This document shows, piece after piece, positions 18,068 to 27,353 of a stretch of DNA of 64,000 bases. The stretch's first letter is position 1. Each line of letters begins with the position of its first letter. Source of the stretch: an uncultured Candidatus Rokubacteria bacterium (GTDB taxonomy: Bacteria; Methylomirabilota; Methylomirabilia; Rokubacteriales; DASRDR01). The stretch spans positions 1-64,000 of the forward strand of contig CAVPSB010000025.1 of NCBI GenBank assembly GCA_963708025.1, written 5' to 3'. The notes beneath the pieces are model-generated. The model saw only the letters and a program-made list of their open reading frames with translations. It was not told the origin of the DNA and did no database searches. Both the position numbers and the translations under genes were made by a program.

Positions 18068-19732
18068 CTACAGGTTCCCCCGCCGCGCTTCCCGGACCAG
18101 ATGATCGGCCGCCCGCATCGCGAGGGCGTGGATGGTCAGGGAGGGCGAGTCGCCCCCGCCTTGAGTCACGAACGTGCTCCCATCAGTCACGAACAGATTT
18201 CGCACGTCGTGGGCCTGGCCGTACCCGTTCACGACGGAGGTTCGGGGATCGTCACCCATCCGGCACGTCCCACCCATGTGCGTGATGAAGCTCATGTCGT
18301 ATGACGAACGCTGCTGGATGATCTCCACCGCCCGGGCGGCGCGCAAGATCTCGCCGATCTGGCGACGCATGAAGGCAAGCATCTCCAGATCGTTCGGGCG
18401 CAGGCAGGTGGTGATCCGGGGCAGCGGAATCCCGTGGGCATCCTTCGCCTCCGGATCGAGCATTACCATGTTGCTCGCGTGGGGAAGCTGCTCGCCGACC
18501 CCGTACACGGTCAAAGCGTGTCCGAAGAACTCGCGCATGAACGCCTTGTGCTCACTGCCCCATCCCGGGGCCAGACCCAGCGCGTAGGCCACGGGCCCCA
18601 TGACGTCGAGAGCGGACACCCCCAACAGGACGCCACCGGCAAAGCGGTCGCTCTTCTCCGGACGATTGAAGTCCCAGATCCGCGCCTCGATCGGCACACC
18701 GCGGTGCGCATCGATGCGGTCGGCAAACAGTGCCGTCATACTCAGGGTGATCGTTTCCTGGAAGAACCGTCCTACTGTGCCGCTGCCGTTGGCGACACCA
18801 TTCGGAAACGCCGGGCAGGCGGAGTGGAGAAGCAGTCGCGGCGATTCGAGCGCTCCCCCGGCGAGGACCACGACGCGTGCCTTCTGGCGACGCGGGATCC
18901 CGTCCGACCCGAGATAGACGACGCCCGTTGCCCGTTCTTGGCCGTTGAGCTCGATCTGGGTGGCTACGGCCTCGGTGTGGATCTGGACACGCCCGGTGGC
19001 CTCGGCCATCGGGACAAAGGTTCGATCCATGCTGGACCGGGCCCCGGTCATGCAACCCCAGAGGCAACCATTGCAGTAGTCGCACGCAGGGCGACCGTCG
19101 TCGGCTTGCGAGAGGATGGCCAGGGAGTTGGGGAGCAAGGTGAGTCCCAACTCCTGGCACCCCCGGCGGACGACCTCGCTGCCTCTGCCCAGGGGGTGGG
19201 GTGGGCGGGGATAGGGCTCCCGGCGAGGCTTGAAGGGATTGTGGTGAGGGCCCGCCACCTGGAGAACCGCTTCGGTCTCGCGGTAGTAGGGCGCCAGGTC
19301 CTCATAGGAGATCGGCCAATCGGCGCCCACGCCGGTGAGCGACCTCAGCCGAAACCCTTCCGGAGCGAGGCGATGCGCCTCTCCCTCGTAATGCAGGGTG
19401 CTGCCCCCCACGCCCTTCACCCGGAAGACGCGGGGTGGCGTCCGCCGCCTGGTCGAGTTGTGGAGCCCGCGGGCCTTCGACCAGGAGCGAAGATCCGAGT
19501 ACGAGCGTTGCAGCCGTTCGCACGGCCCCCATGTGTACTGCCGGGGACCGGCGAGGAGCTGAGGAAACGCCTCCCGGTCCGGCCGGTGGCTGTGAAAGTT
19601 GCGCCGCGGGTCGAACCGCGGGCCAGCCTCCACGACCGCCACCGATAGCCCGGCTGCCCCGAGGCGCTGAGCCACCACCGCGCCGCCGGCGCCCGAGCCG
19701 ATGACACAGACATCCACCTCGCCCTGATTCAC
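18068..19732 (-). CDS. GMC-family FAD oxidoreductase
   Basis: VIGSGAGG, GVGGSTLHY, CDYCNGCLWGC Cys cluster, HMGGTCRMG, VTDGS, SPSLTI. Confidence 0.92.
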   Translation of the reverse strand: MNQGEVDVCVIGSGAGGAVVAQRLGAAGLSVAVVEAGPRFDPRRNFHSHRPDREAFPQLLAGPRQYTWGPCERLQRSYSDLRSWSKARGLHNSTRRRTPPRVFRVKGVGGSTLHYEGEAHRLAPEGFRLRSLTGVGADWPISYEDLAPYYRETEAVLQVAGPHHNPFKPRREPYPRPPHPLGRGSEVVRRGCQELGLTLLPNSLAILSQADDGRPACDYCNGCLWGCMTGARSSMDRTFVPMAEATGRVQIHTEAVATQIELNGQERATGVVYLGSDGIPRRQKARVVVLAGGALESPRLLLHSACPAFPNGVANGSGTVGRFFQETITLSMTALFADRIDAHRGVPIEARIWDFNRPEKSDRFAGGVLLGVSALDVMGPVAYALGLAPGWGSEHKAFMREFFGHALTVYGVGEQLPHASNMVMLDPEAKDAHGIPLPRITTCLRPNDLEMLAFMRRQIGEILRAARAVEIIQQRSSYDMSFITHMGGTCRMGDDPRTSVVNGYGQAHDVRNLFVTDGSTFVTQGGGDSPSLTIHALAMRAADHLVREARRGNL

Positions 19733-20319
19733 GGATGCCTCGCGGGCAGGGAGGGCGGGGTCGCCGTATCCTCGGGAGTCTGGATAGGCGGCCCGAACCC
19801 GAGCACCTCTCGGCCGGTGGCGCTCATGTAGAAGGCTTCAAAGGCATGCCGGCGCACGGTCCAGAAGAACTCACGGGCCATCGGGAGGTCGTGATAGAAG
19901 AGGGCGAGGCGCCCCTGCTCGAACGGCGACTGTCCGCGCAAGTCCAGCTGAACCAGGATCTGTCGCTGCTGACCGACCGTCAGCGCGAGAAAGGATCGGC
20001 GAAAGCACTTTTGCGCGGCGTACTCGAGCCAGGCGACGCCACGCCGATAACGCAGGTGCAACGCTGGCGCGGCGTCGCTGGCGGTTTCGATGTAGCCGAC
20101 GGCATCCGCCTCGTGGGCACCGGGGCCGTCATCGGTGGGTACGATATGGCAAACCACTGCTTCGATGACGGTCCGCTCGAAGGAGGTGAATCGGCCCGAC
20201 CGCGAGGCGAGCGTGCGGGGGTGCGAAGAGGAGAGCCCGCGCCACCCATCGTACAGCCAGCTCCACGGATAGAGAAGAAGGACTCCCGTCTTCGCCAGCG
20301 ATCTCAGTCCGGCCGTCAT
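19729..20319 (-). CDS. Gluconate 2-dehydrogenase subunit 3-like small subunit
   Basis: IVPTDDGPGAHEADAVGYIE, FLALT..QQ.QIL, FF..VRRHAFEAFY..G..LGF.P. Stop overlaps the GMC start. Start is uncertain (20394 is an alternative). Confidence 0.8.
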   Translation of the reverse strand: MTAGLRSLAKTGVLLLYPWSWLYDGWRGLSSSHPRTLASRSGRFTSFERTVIEAVVCHIVPTDDGPGAHEADAVGYIETASDAAPALHLRYRRGVAWLEYAAQKCFRRSFLALTVGQQRQILVQLDLRGQSPFEQGRLALFYHDLPMAREFFWTVRRHAFEAFYMSATGREVLGFGPPIQTPEDTATPPSLPARHP

Positions 20320-20448
20320 CCGTGGGCCGATGGTGGAGTCTCGCGGGTCAACGCCGGCATACAAGGTCTCGACCCTTCCCCCGAAGACCGGCAACTGACG
20401 GTTTGATCTGCGCGTCGCTCCCTCGTCGGCCCTTTTCTGAGATCCGGC

Positions 20449-20736
20449 TCATCTCGCTTCGTCGTGAACCAGATTTTCGCGCACCAAGTTGCCGACGACC
20501 CGCTCGGTGCTCTCCGTCGCGTGCGCAAGGTCGACCTCGTATTGGACCGTCAACTGCCGGGCGATCGCCTCAACAGTGGGATACTGATCTATGAGATTCC
20601 AGATCTCGAGGCCCGTCGAATTCAGGCTGTAGTAGGACGTGGTGTCCAGGTCGAGCAACACCCCCCCGTCCTCCATCTCGGTGCATACGACCGAGGGGTT
20701 CTTGATCAGGCGTTTCTCCGGCACGTCCACCTCCAT
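20449..20736 (-). CDS. PqqD-family RiPP recognition element (RRE / lasso B1)
   Basis: GGVLLDLDTTSYYSLNSTGLEIWNLI..IARQLTVQYEV..LVRENLV. GTG 20724 with GGAGG is an alternative start. Confidence 0.93.
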   Translation of the reverse strand: MEVDVPEKRLIKNPSVVCTEMEDGGVLLDLDTTSYYSLNSTGLEIWNLIDQYPTVEAIARQLTVQYEVDLAHATESTERVVGNLVRENLVHDEAR

Positions 20737-20929
20737 TCTCCGGGCCCGTACGGCTGGGCTCGCCCTCACCCGGTCGACCCCGGAAAGGGATCAGAGAAAT
20801 CGGCCGCCCGAGGGCCCCAGCGTCCCCGTCGGTGGCCACGCAGGCCCGGGCCGGCGTGCGGGTTCCGTGTCGCCGCCAACCGTCACGCGGATCTCTCGCC
20901 GGAACATGGACCAGCCCTTCATCCACTCA

Positions 20930-20945
20930 AGCAAGACCCGAGCCA
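20930..20945 (-). promoter_or_regulatory. sigma54 promoter of the RiPP operon
   Basis: Minus strand reads TGGCTCGGGTCTTGCT (GG-N10-GC). An AT-rich tract and TTCCCGA..GCGA direct repeats lie 100-140 bp upstream (21047-21080). Confidence 0.65.
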
Positions 20946-21382
20946 GCTTGACCTCGATAACTAATCGCGAACTTGACCGAAAATCATGTGCGCCGCACTC
21001 AGTGCGTGAAAACAAAGCGTCTAGATTGGGAAAAACAATTCGCACGTTCCCGACAAATGCGACATTCCCGAAACAGCGATCCGGGGCCGCCGACGTCCAG
21101 GCGACCGGGGAGGCCGATTTCCGCTGGTGAGCCTTGACCACCCCTCCGTGGGCGCGCGCGAGGCGCCGCGGCCAGCTCCGGGAGGCCCGCGCTCGGCGCG
21201 AGCGGGCGGCGAGGTCGGGCCGCTGACGAGTCTGCGCGGAACGCGCGGTCGAGCGCGCGGCAGCTCCGGGAACCGCAGCTCCAGCGGACTGCCAGGCGGC
21301 AGTCTGTGAGCGTCGCAGCTGGCGGCGGCTTGTTCCAGGGCGGAGTCCTAGTGTAGCATCGAGATCCACGGAGGGCTGAGAC

Positions 21383-22387
21383 ATGGAACCGCAGGTCACG
21401 ATCGTGGTCGTACCGCGGGAACGGTTCAGCGTCACCCGTAAGTCTCTCGAGAGCATCTACGAGCATACCGACATACGCTTCCGGCTGGTCTACGTGGACG
21501 GGGGCTCTCCGCCCCGGACCCGCCGGTATCTGCGGGCTCAGGCCGCGTTTCGGGGCTTCGAGCTCGTTCGGACCGAATACTACCTCTCCCCGAACCGCGC
21601 GCGAAATCTCGGGCTGGCCAGAGTCACCACACGGTATGCCGTCTTCATGGACAACGACGTCGTGGTCGCGCCCGGCTGGCTCGGCGCCCTGGTCCGGTGT
21701 GCCGAGGAGACCGGGGCCGCCATCGTCGGTCCCCTCAACTGCGAAGGGATGCCTCTCCACCAGGTGATCCATTTCGCCGGAGGGGAGTGCGGTGTTCGCG
21801 AGGACCGCGTGGATGGACGGATCGAGCGACACCTCATCGACAAGATCTCCCGGCAGGGACAGCGGCTGAGCGACGTGCGCGAGCAGCTTCGCCGTGAGCC
21901 GACCTCCGTCGCCGAGTTCCACTGTCTGATGGCTCGGACCGACGTGTTCCAGAAGGTCGGTCCCTTCGACGAGGCGCTGCTGAGCGTGCGAGAGAACCTC
22001 GACTTCTGCATGGCGGTGGCCCAAGCCGGGGGTACGATCTACATCGAGCCGGCCTCCATCATCACCTACGCCGGGGATGAGCCGCTCGCGTTCGCCGACA
22101 TGCCCTACTACATCCTTCGCTGGAACGATGCCTGGACGCTGGGCAGCTTGCACCACCTCCGCGACAAGTGGAACCTGACCGAAGATGAATACTTCCTCCG
22201 GCAGTACAAGAACCTCTCCTGGCGGCGCAAGCTGTACCTGATCCGGCCTCTCTTCCGCTGGGTCCCCGCCTGGCGGATCCGCCTCGTGCTGGAATGGCTG
22301 GTGGCTCCTCTGGACAGGGTGGTCAGCCGCTGGATCGTGACCCGGTACACGCGCCGCCAGGCCGAGCTTCTTCGAGGTCAGGCCTAG
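21383..22387 (+). CDS. GT2-family glycosyltransferase
   Basis: VTIVVV, VYVDGGS, RARNLGL, FMDND (DxD), GPFDE, ENLDFC. Confidence 0.9.
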   Translation: MEPQVTIVVVPRERFSVTRKSLESIYEHTDIRFRLVYVDGGSPPRTRRYLRAQAAFRGFELVRTEYYLSPNRARNLGLARVTTRYAVFMDNDVVVAPGWLGALVRCAEETGAAIVGPLNCEGMPLHQVIHFAGGECGVREDRVDGRIERHLIDKISRQGQRLSDVREQLRREPTSVAEFHCLMARTDVFQKVGPFDEALLSVRENLDFCMAVAQAGGTIYIEPASIITYAGDEPLAFADMPYYILRWNDAWTLGSLHHLRDKWNLTEDEYFLRQYKNLSWRRKLYLIRPLFRWVPAWRIRLVLEWLVAPLDRVVSRWIVTRYTRRQAELLRGQA

Positions 22388-22529
22388 CACGCCCGGGGGC
22401 CCTTCCGACCGGTTGGAGCGTTCCGCGGCCGGGTGAAGCCACCAGGCAGGACGGGAGCCAAGTGCGGGGTCACGATCGGCGCCGGCCGGGATTCGGTCCG
22501 CTTCCGACGCCGCGCGCCGATCTCGGCTG

Positions 22530-23741
22530 ATGCGCGCGGAATCGGGAAGGCTGCGTGTGCTCTTCCTCCCCTCCTGGTACCCGCACGCAGACCACCCCAC
22601 GTACGGCATTTTTCTGCAGGTCCAGGCGGCCGCGTTGGCGAGACGGTGCGGCGTCGTGGTCGTCCCCGTGCCCCGGCCGATGTCGCTGTTCCGGCGTCCA
22701 TGGGGCTGGGGCGACCGCTGCCGAATCCGCCAGGGTCCTGCGAGCCTGGTCGAGCTCCATCTGAGTGGGCCGAATTACACGCCGCGCGCCTCGAAGGCCT
22801 ACGAGAGCGTCATCTGGAGGCTCTATCGGCGCGGCTTCGCCGAAGCGGGCCGGCTCTTCGGGGCACCACCGGACCTCATCCACGCTCACGTGGCGATCGA
22901 GGCCGGCTACTTCGGCGCCCGCCTCGCGGAGCGGTATGACGTCCCCCTCGTCCTGACCGAGCATGTGAGCCGGCCGGCGCTCTTGATGAGCACGCAGTGG
23001 GACCGAGAGCGCGCGCTGTACGCGATGCACGCGGCGAAAAGCTTGATCGGCGTCAGCCCTCCGCAGCGGGATCTGCTCTATCGGGCGGGCGTGCAACGCG
23101 AGATCGACGTCGTACCGAACCCGGTCGACACCGAGCTGTTCAGCCCCGATGGGTCGGTCCCGCCACCTCCGCTCCGGCTCATCACGGTGGGACACCTCAT
23201 CGCGCGGAAGGGGATCCTGAACCTCCTGGAGGCCGTGGCGCGGATCGGCGCGAGCGATCACGGTCCGCTGGAGCTCGAGGTCGTGGGAGCCGGTCCCCTG
23301 AGACCTCGGCTCGAGGCCGCGACCGCCTCACTAGGGCTCGCCGGGCGGGTCCGGTTCCACGGCGAGCGATCGCATCCAGAGGTCCGAGACCTGCTCCGGC
23401 AGTCGCACATCTACGTCTGCTCGAGCGTGACCGAGTCGTTCGGGGTGGCGGTCGTCGAGGCGATGAGTGTCGGACTCCCGGTCGTGGTGACGCGGAGCGG
23501 CGGGCCGGAATCCTACGTCACGGACGCTCACGGCGTGGTCGTGGCCCCGGACTCGATCGAGGGACTGACGGAGGGCATCCGTGGACTCGTGGGTCGCCTG
23601 GGCGACTTCGACCGGCGGAAGCAACGCCAGTATGTGCTGGACCGCTTCAGCCAGGACGTCGTGGTGAACGAGATCGAGAAGTGCTATGCCCTCGCGCTCG
23701 AGCGTCACGCGAGCCAGGTGGCCGGGCGACGCCCGCGGTGA
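22530..23741 (+). CDS. GT4-family glycosyltransferase
   Basis: DLIHAH, VPNPVDTELF, VGHLIARKG, ESFGVAVVEAMSVGLPVV. Confidence 0.92.
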   Translation: MRAESGRLRVLFLPSWYPHADHPTYGIFLQVQAAALARRCGVVVVPVPRPMSLFRRPWGWGDRCRIRQGPASLVELHLSGPNYTPRASKAYESVIWRLYRRGFAEAGRLFGAPPDLIHAHVAIEAGYFGARLAERYDVPLVLTEHVSRPALLMSTQWDRERALYAMHAAKSLIGVSPPQRDLLYRAGVQREIDVVPNPVDTELFSPDGSVPPPPLRLITVGHLIARKGILNLLEAVARIGASDHGPLELEVVGAGPLRPRLEAATASLGLAGRVRFHGERSHPEVRDLLRQSHIYVCSSVTESFGVAVVEAMSVGLPVVVTRSGGPESYVTDAHGVVVAPDSIEGLTEGIRGLVGRLGDFDRRKQRQYVLDRFSQDVVVNEIEKCYALALERHASQVAGRRPR

Positions 23742-23789
23742 GCGACGGCCAGGTGCCGCCGCCTCCGGCTCAGCAGAGGCGAGCACTGG

Positions 23790-23850
23790 CAGGCTCAACA
23801 ACACGAGAACGCGGCCCTCCGCCACCAACTGGCGGTCCTGCAGCGAGTTC
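23790..23850 (+). mobile_element. Short transposase/integrase N-terminal remnant
   Basis: HENAALRHQLAVLQR resembles the ENLALRHQLAVL motif of integrase-core IS transposases. Confidence 0.45.
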
Positions 23851-23896
23851 CCGCCAACCACGGCTGACCCGCTGGGACCGCATCCTCAGAGGAGAG

Positions 23897-23913
23897 TTAT
23901 CCACTTATCCACC
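23897..23913 (+). promoter_or_regulatory. Two overlapping DnaA-box-like sites
   Basis: TTATCCACT and TTATCCACC, each 8/9 to TTATCCACA. Confidence 0.65.
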
Positions 23914-24171
23914 GTCATGCACCGCGTGCGATTCGGTGCGTGTGGCGCCCTGGTGAGCGAGGTCCCGGTCGTGACGCCGCACCAGATCGACATCCACGAG
24001 GGTCGCCCCAGCGAATGCCCGGTGGATCCACGGTCTCCACGATGTTGGTGTCGCGCCGCTGCATGAGGATTGACGAAACAAACGCTTGACAGCCACCGCG
24101 CTACCGACGATTCATAGAGGGCGTTGACGGCGCCGTGTGCTCGTTCCGGGTTCGACAGGGAGGGCCATGCA

Positions 24172-24411
24172 GTGGATGTTCCGCGGAAACCGTTGGCCAA
24201 GTCCGAAGGCCGGCAAACCCTCCGCAGTGGTGTCGTGATCCAGTGGCGCGGGACACCCACCCTCGACGATTGGGCGGCCTTCATCGTGAACGGTGGCCGG
24301 TCGAAGCGACTCATCTTGGCCGATCGCACATCCGAGCGCCGACTCACGGCGCTGCTTGGCCGCCTCGAGGGCCTCCCCAAGCGCGAGATCAAACGGCTGG
24401 CGAAGAGCTGA
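24172..24411 (+). CDS. Small basic hypothetical protein upstream of dnaA
   Basis: GGGAGG RBS before GTG. Clean GC3-rich ORF (VDVPRKPLAKSEGRQTLRSG..). Confidence 0.6.
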   Translation: MDVPRKPLAKSEGRQTLRSGVVIQWRGTPTLDDWAAFIVNGGRSKRLILADRTSERRLTALLGRLEGLPKREIKRLAKS

Positions 24412-24490
24412 GGCACCGACTCGCCACTCCCAAACGGCTCGCCGACGGCGCGACTCCGGTCGCTCGCTGACGGTCCGTCTGGCCTTCCGA

Positions 24491-24514
24491 GGTTATCCAC
24501 ACCGGTGGATAACC
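24491..24514. promoter_or_regulatory. Inverted pair of DnaA boxes before dnaA
   Basis: GGTTATCCACACCGGTGGATAACC: perfect TTATCCACA plus an inverted TTATCCACC. Confidence 0.85.
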
Positions 24515-24555
24515 GGGTGGGAAACCGTCCTTCGGCTGGAGCAGGAGTCCCCGCG

Positions 24556-25872
24556 ATGCACGACGTTCTCTGGGAGCGCCTCCTTACGGCTCTCGAGGCC
24601 CGGCTGCCCCCGCAGGCCCTCGACACCTGGATCCGCCCCGGCCGCCTCCTCGCCCATCGCGACACCCACTTGGAGATCGGGGTCCCCAGCAAGTTCCTCC
24701 GCAGCTACATCGTCGATCACTACCTCCCGGACCTCCAAGCGGCCGCCGAGACCTGCCTGGGCCCTCACGCCCAGGTCACCGTCTCCGTGGACCGCCCAGC
24801 GGCCGGAGTGTCCCCCAGGGTACTGCCGGCCCCCCCGGCGCCCCCGCCACCGGCCGAGCTGGACGGCCGCTACACCTTCGACACCTTCGTGGTCGGCTCC
24901 TCCAACCAGTTCGCCCAGGCCGCCTGCCTCGCCGTCGCCGAGCTGCCCTCCCGGGCCTACAACCCGCTGTTCATCTACGGCGGCGTCGGGCTCGGCAAGA
25001 CCCATCTCCTCCACGCGATCGGCCACCAGATCAGCCAGACGCACCCCCAGTTCCGCGTCGAGTATCTCTCCACGGAGAAGTTCACCAACGAGCTGATCGG
25101 GGCCATTCGCTACGACAAGACGCCCGACTTCCGCCATCGCTACCGGACGATCGATCTCCTCCTGATCGACGACATCCAGTTCATCTCCGGCAAGGAGCGG
25201 ACCCAGGAGGAGCTGTTCCACACCTTCAACGACCTCTACGAGTCGCATCGCCAGATCGTCATCTCGAGCGACCGCTCCCCGAAGGAGATCCCCGAGATCG
25301 AGGAGCGTCTCCGTTCCCGATTCGAGTGGGGCCTCATCGCCGACATCCAGCCGCCCGATTTCGAGACGCGGGTCGCCATCCTCAAGAAGAAAGCCGAGCT
25401 GGACCGGGTGGCGCTCCCCGACGACCTCGCCTACTTCATCGCCAACAAGGTCAAGTCCAACATCCGCGAGCTGGAAGGATCCCTCGTCCGCATCCGCGCC
25501 TTCTGCAGCCTCACCGGCCGCGAGCTCGGCCTCGATCTCGCCCAGGAAGTGCTCGCCAACATCTGGGGAACCGAGGAACGCCTCATCACGATCGACGACA
25601 TCCAGCGCCGCGTGAGCGAAGTCTTCGGCGTGAAGCCCCACGATCTCCGCTCCAAGACGCGGACCAAAGCGGTGGCCTTCCCCCGGCAGGTCGCCATGTA
25701 CCTCGCCCGCCAGCTCACCAGCGACTCCTTCGCCGACATTGGCCGGAGCTTCGGCGGCAAGGATCACACGACGGTCCTTTACGCCGTGCACAAGATCGAG
25801 ACCCTCCTCCAGGAAGACCTCAAGTTCCGGAAGACCCTGGACCACGTCATCAACACGATTCCCTTCGAGTGA
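24556..25872 (+). CDS. dnaA: Chromosomal replication initiator DnaA
   Basis: YTFDTFVVGSSN, YNPLFIYGGVGLGKTHL, LLIDDIQF, RLRSRFEWGL, FGGKDHTTV. Confidence 0.99.
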   Translation: MHDVLWERLLTALEARLPPQALDTWIRPGRLLAHRDTHLEIGVPSKFLRSYIVDHYLPDLQAAAETCLGPHAQVTVSVDRPAAGVSPRVLPAPPAPPPPAELDGRYTFDTFVVGSSNQFAQAACLAVAELPSRAYNPLFIYGGVGLGKTHLLHAIGHQISQTHPQFRVEYLSTEKFTNELIGAIRYDKTPDFRHRYRTIDLLLIDDIQFISGKERTQEELFHTFNDLYESHRQIVISSDRSPKEIPEIEERLRSRFEWGLIADIQPPDFETRVAILKKKAELDRVALPDDLAYFIANKVKSNIRELEGSLVRIRAFCSLTGRELGLDLAQEVLANIWGTEERLITIDDIQRRVSEVFGVKPHDLRSKTRTKAVAFPRQVAMYLARQLTSDSFADIGRSFGGKDHTTVLYAVHKIETLLQEDLKFRKTLDHVINTIPFE

Positions 25873-26007
25873 CGTGTGGTGCGCCCTGCCCCTGTGCGAG
25901 TCAGAAACCGGATCCGCGCCACCGCTCGCGTTTCGTAGTCCATGGCGAGGGTGGCGGGGTCGAGAGAACACGAATCCCCGGGTCTGATGCGGGAACCGGT
26001 TGCGAGA

Positions 26008-26058
26008 GGTGGTGGCGGTGGGAGGACTTGAACCTCCGACCAAGGGCTTATGAGACCC
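26008..26058 (-). repeat. att site: 51-bp direct repeat of the tRNA-Met 3' part (matches 34715-34765)
   Basis: Exact identity by direct comparison. Covers the anticodon loop through CCA. Confidence 0.95.
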
Positions 26059-26321
26059 TGGCGCCCGCCTGTTGCCGCGGGGACTTAGCCGATCGGCGCT
26101 ACGATCGGCGCTACGAGCCCGAAGGCCGGTGGCTCGCAGGGGAGCGGCCATGGGGCGCGCTCCAGGCTCCCGGCCTTTACGGGCGGCCGGAGCCCCCAGG
26201 TTGAGACGGATCATCAAGCACCGACACCGGCCTGTGCATCGTCAACCAGACTCCCGCAGGACTGGGATTAGCCGCGAGCCACGGCCTCCGGGTCGTGGCC
26301 CGGCAGCCGGCTGCTTGGCGA

Positions 26322-26858
26322 TCAGGTCGTCATCCCTGGCGGTGGAGCGGGCGGCTCACGGACCACGCGAGGCGGGGGAAGCGGTCGGGCGCGCGGCACG
26401 CGCTCCGTCTCGTGGAAGAGGCAGAGAACGAGGCCGTCGCGCGGTCGCGCAGCACTGGGCGCGAGCAGGCCCGGCCAGCCCTCGCGCCAGAGCGTCTCGC
26501 CGACTTCCTGGTACGGCGGCCAGGTCTTCCGTCCGGGGCGCGGGACTGCGAGGCCCACCCGCTTCAGGCGCTCCGCGGTTGCGAGATCGGCGACCTCGAG
26601 GCCCGGATCGACCGCCCATGTCCAGAGATCACGCGGCATCTGCTGGGTGGGCGGGACTCCCGCCTCGGCGAGGTGCCGATACCATTCAGCCCACACCGTG
26701 GCCTCATCGCTGGCGAGATACACGACCTCGACGATCGCGCCACGCTGCCAGCGGCCGTCGGGTGGGGGGACCCGTCGTGCGAGCGGGTCGGCGCCGCGGA
26801 CCGTGTGGCGCCACCATCGACGCTGCCGAACGGCGACCGCGTCGACGGCGAGGGCCAC
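26322..26858 (-). CDS. RES-domain toxin
   Basis: DGRW (R), VYLA..WAEW (E), GLLAPSAAR (S). Directly follows the antitoxin. Confidence 0.85.
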   Translation of the reverse strand: MALAVDAVAVRQRRWWRHTVRGADPLARRVPPPDGRWQRGAIVEVVYLASDEATVWAEWYRHLAEAGVPPTQQMPRDLWTWAVDPGLEVADLATAERLKRVGLAVPRPGRKTWPPYQEVGETLWREGWPGLLAPSAARPRDGLVLCLFHETERVPRARPLPPPRVVREPPAPPPGMTT

Positions 26859-26860
26859 GC

Positions 26861-27199
26861 TCAGGCCGCGCCGGGCTCTTCCAGACTGGAGACGAGGCGG
26901 GCCACGCGCATGTAGTCGCCGCGGGCGATGAGCTCGATCGGCTTCTCGTCGTCGAGGGCTTCGAGCGGCTTCGTGAGCCACACGGGGATGTACTCGGGGC
27001 GCATGATCCGGGCCAATCGCTCGACGATCGCCGAGAGCTCGGCCACTCGCTCGGCGCGGCGGCCGGTGGGTTCGTTCCTGAGGGCGAGCCAGCCGCGGAC
27101 GGTGCTCCGCGCGGCGCCGGTGGCGCGCGCGATGAGCTGGTCGCTCAGATGGCCGCGCTCGTGGACGCGGCGGGCTTCCTTTGCGAAGGCCGTAGCCAT
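26861..27199 (-). CDS. Xre/MbcA/ParS-type antitoxin
   Basis: HTH (IARATGAARSTVRGWL) plus a C-terminal WLTKPLEALDDEKPIELI motif. Confidence 0.85.
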   Translation of the reverse strand: MATAFAKEARRVHERGHLSDQLIARATGAARSTVRGWLALRNEPTGRRAERVAELSAIVERLARIMRPEYIPVWLTKPLEALDDEKPIELIARGDYMRVARLVSSLEEPGAA

Positions 27200-27353
27200 G
27201 GTGCCGCTCGTCTTATGGACCAGTATGGAGCTCCGTCGCGTTATCGTCAAGATTCGATCGCTGGATCGTACGCTCGAAAGCAGTGTTGCCGGCTGCTAAC
27301 GTGTTGCCAGAACTGCCGAAAGTCCCACCCTCGCGTAGGTATCCGGAACCCTC

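Noticed and set aside
20449-20736. PQQ biosynthesis gene
   Set aside because: No pqqA/B/C/E nearby. The context with B2 and precursors indicates an RRE.
26008-26058. Second tRNA-Met gene
   Set aside because: Lacks the 5' acceptor strand and D arm. It is the att duplicate.
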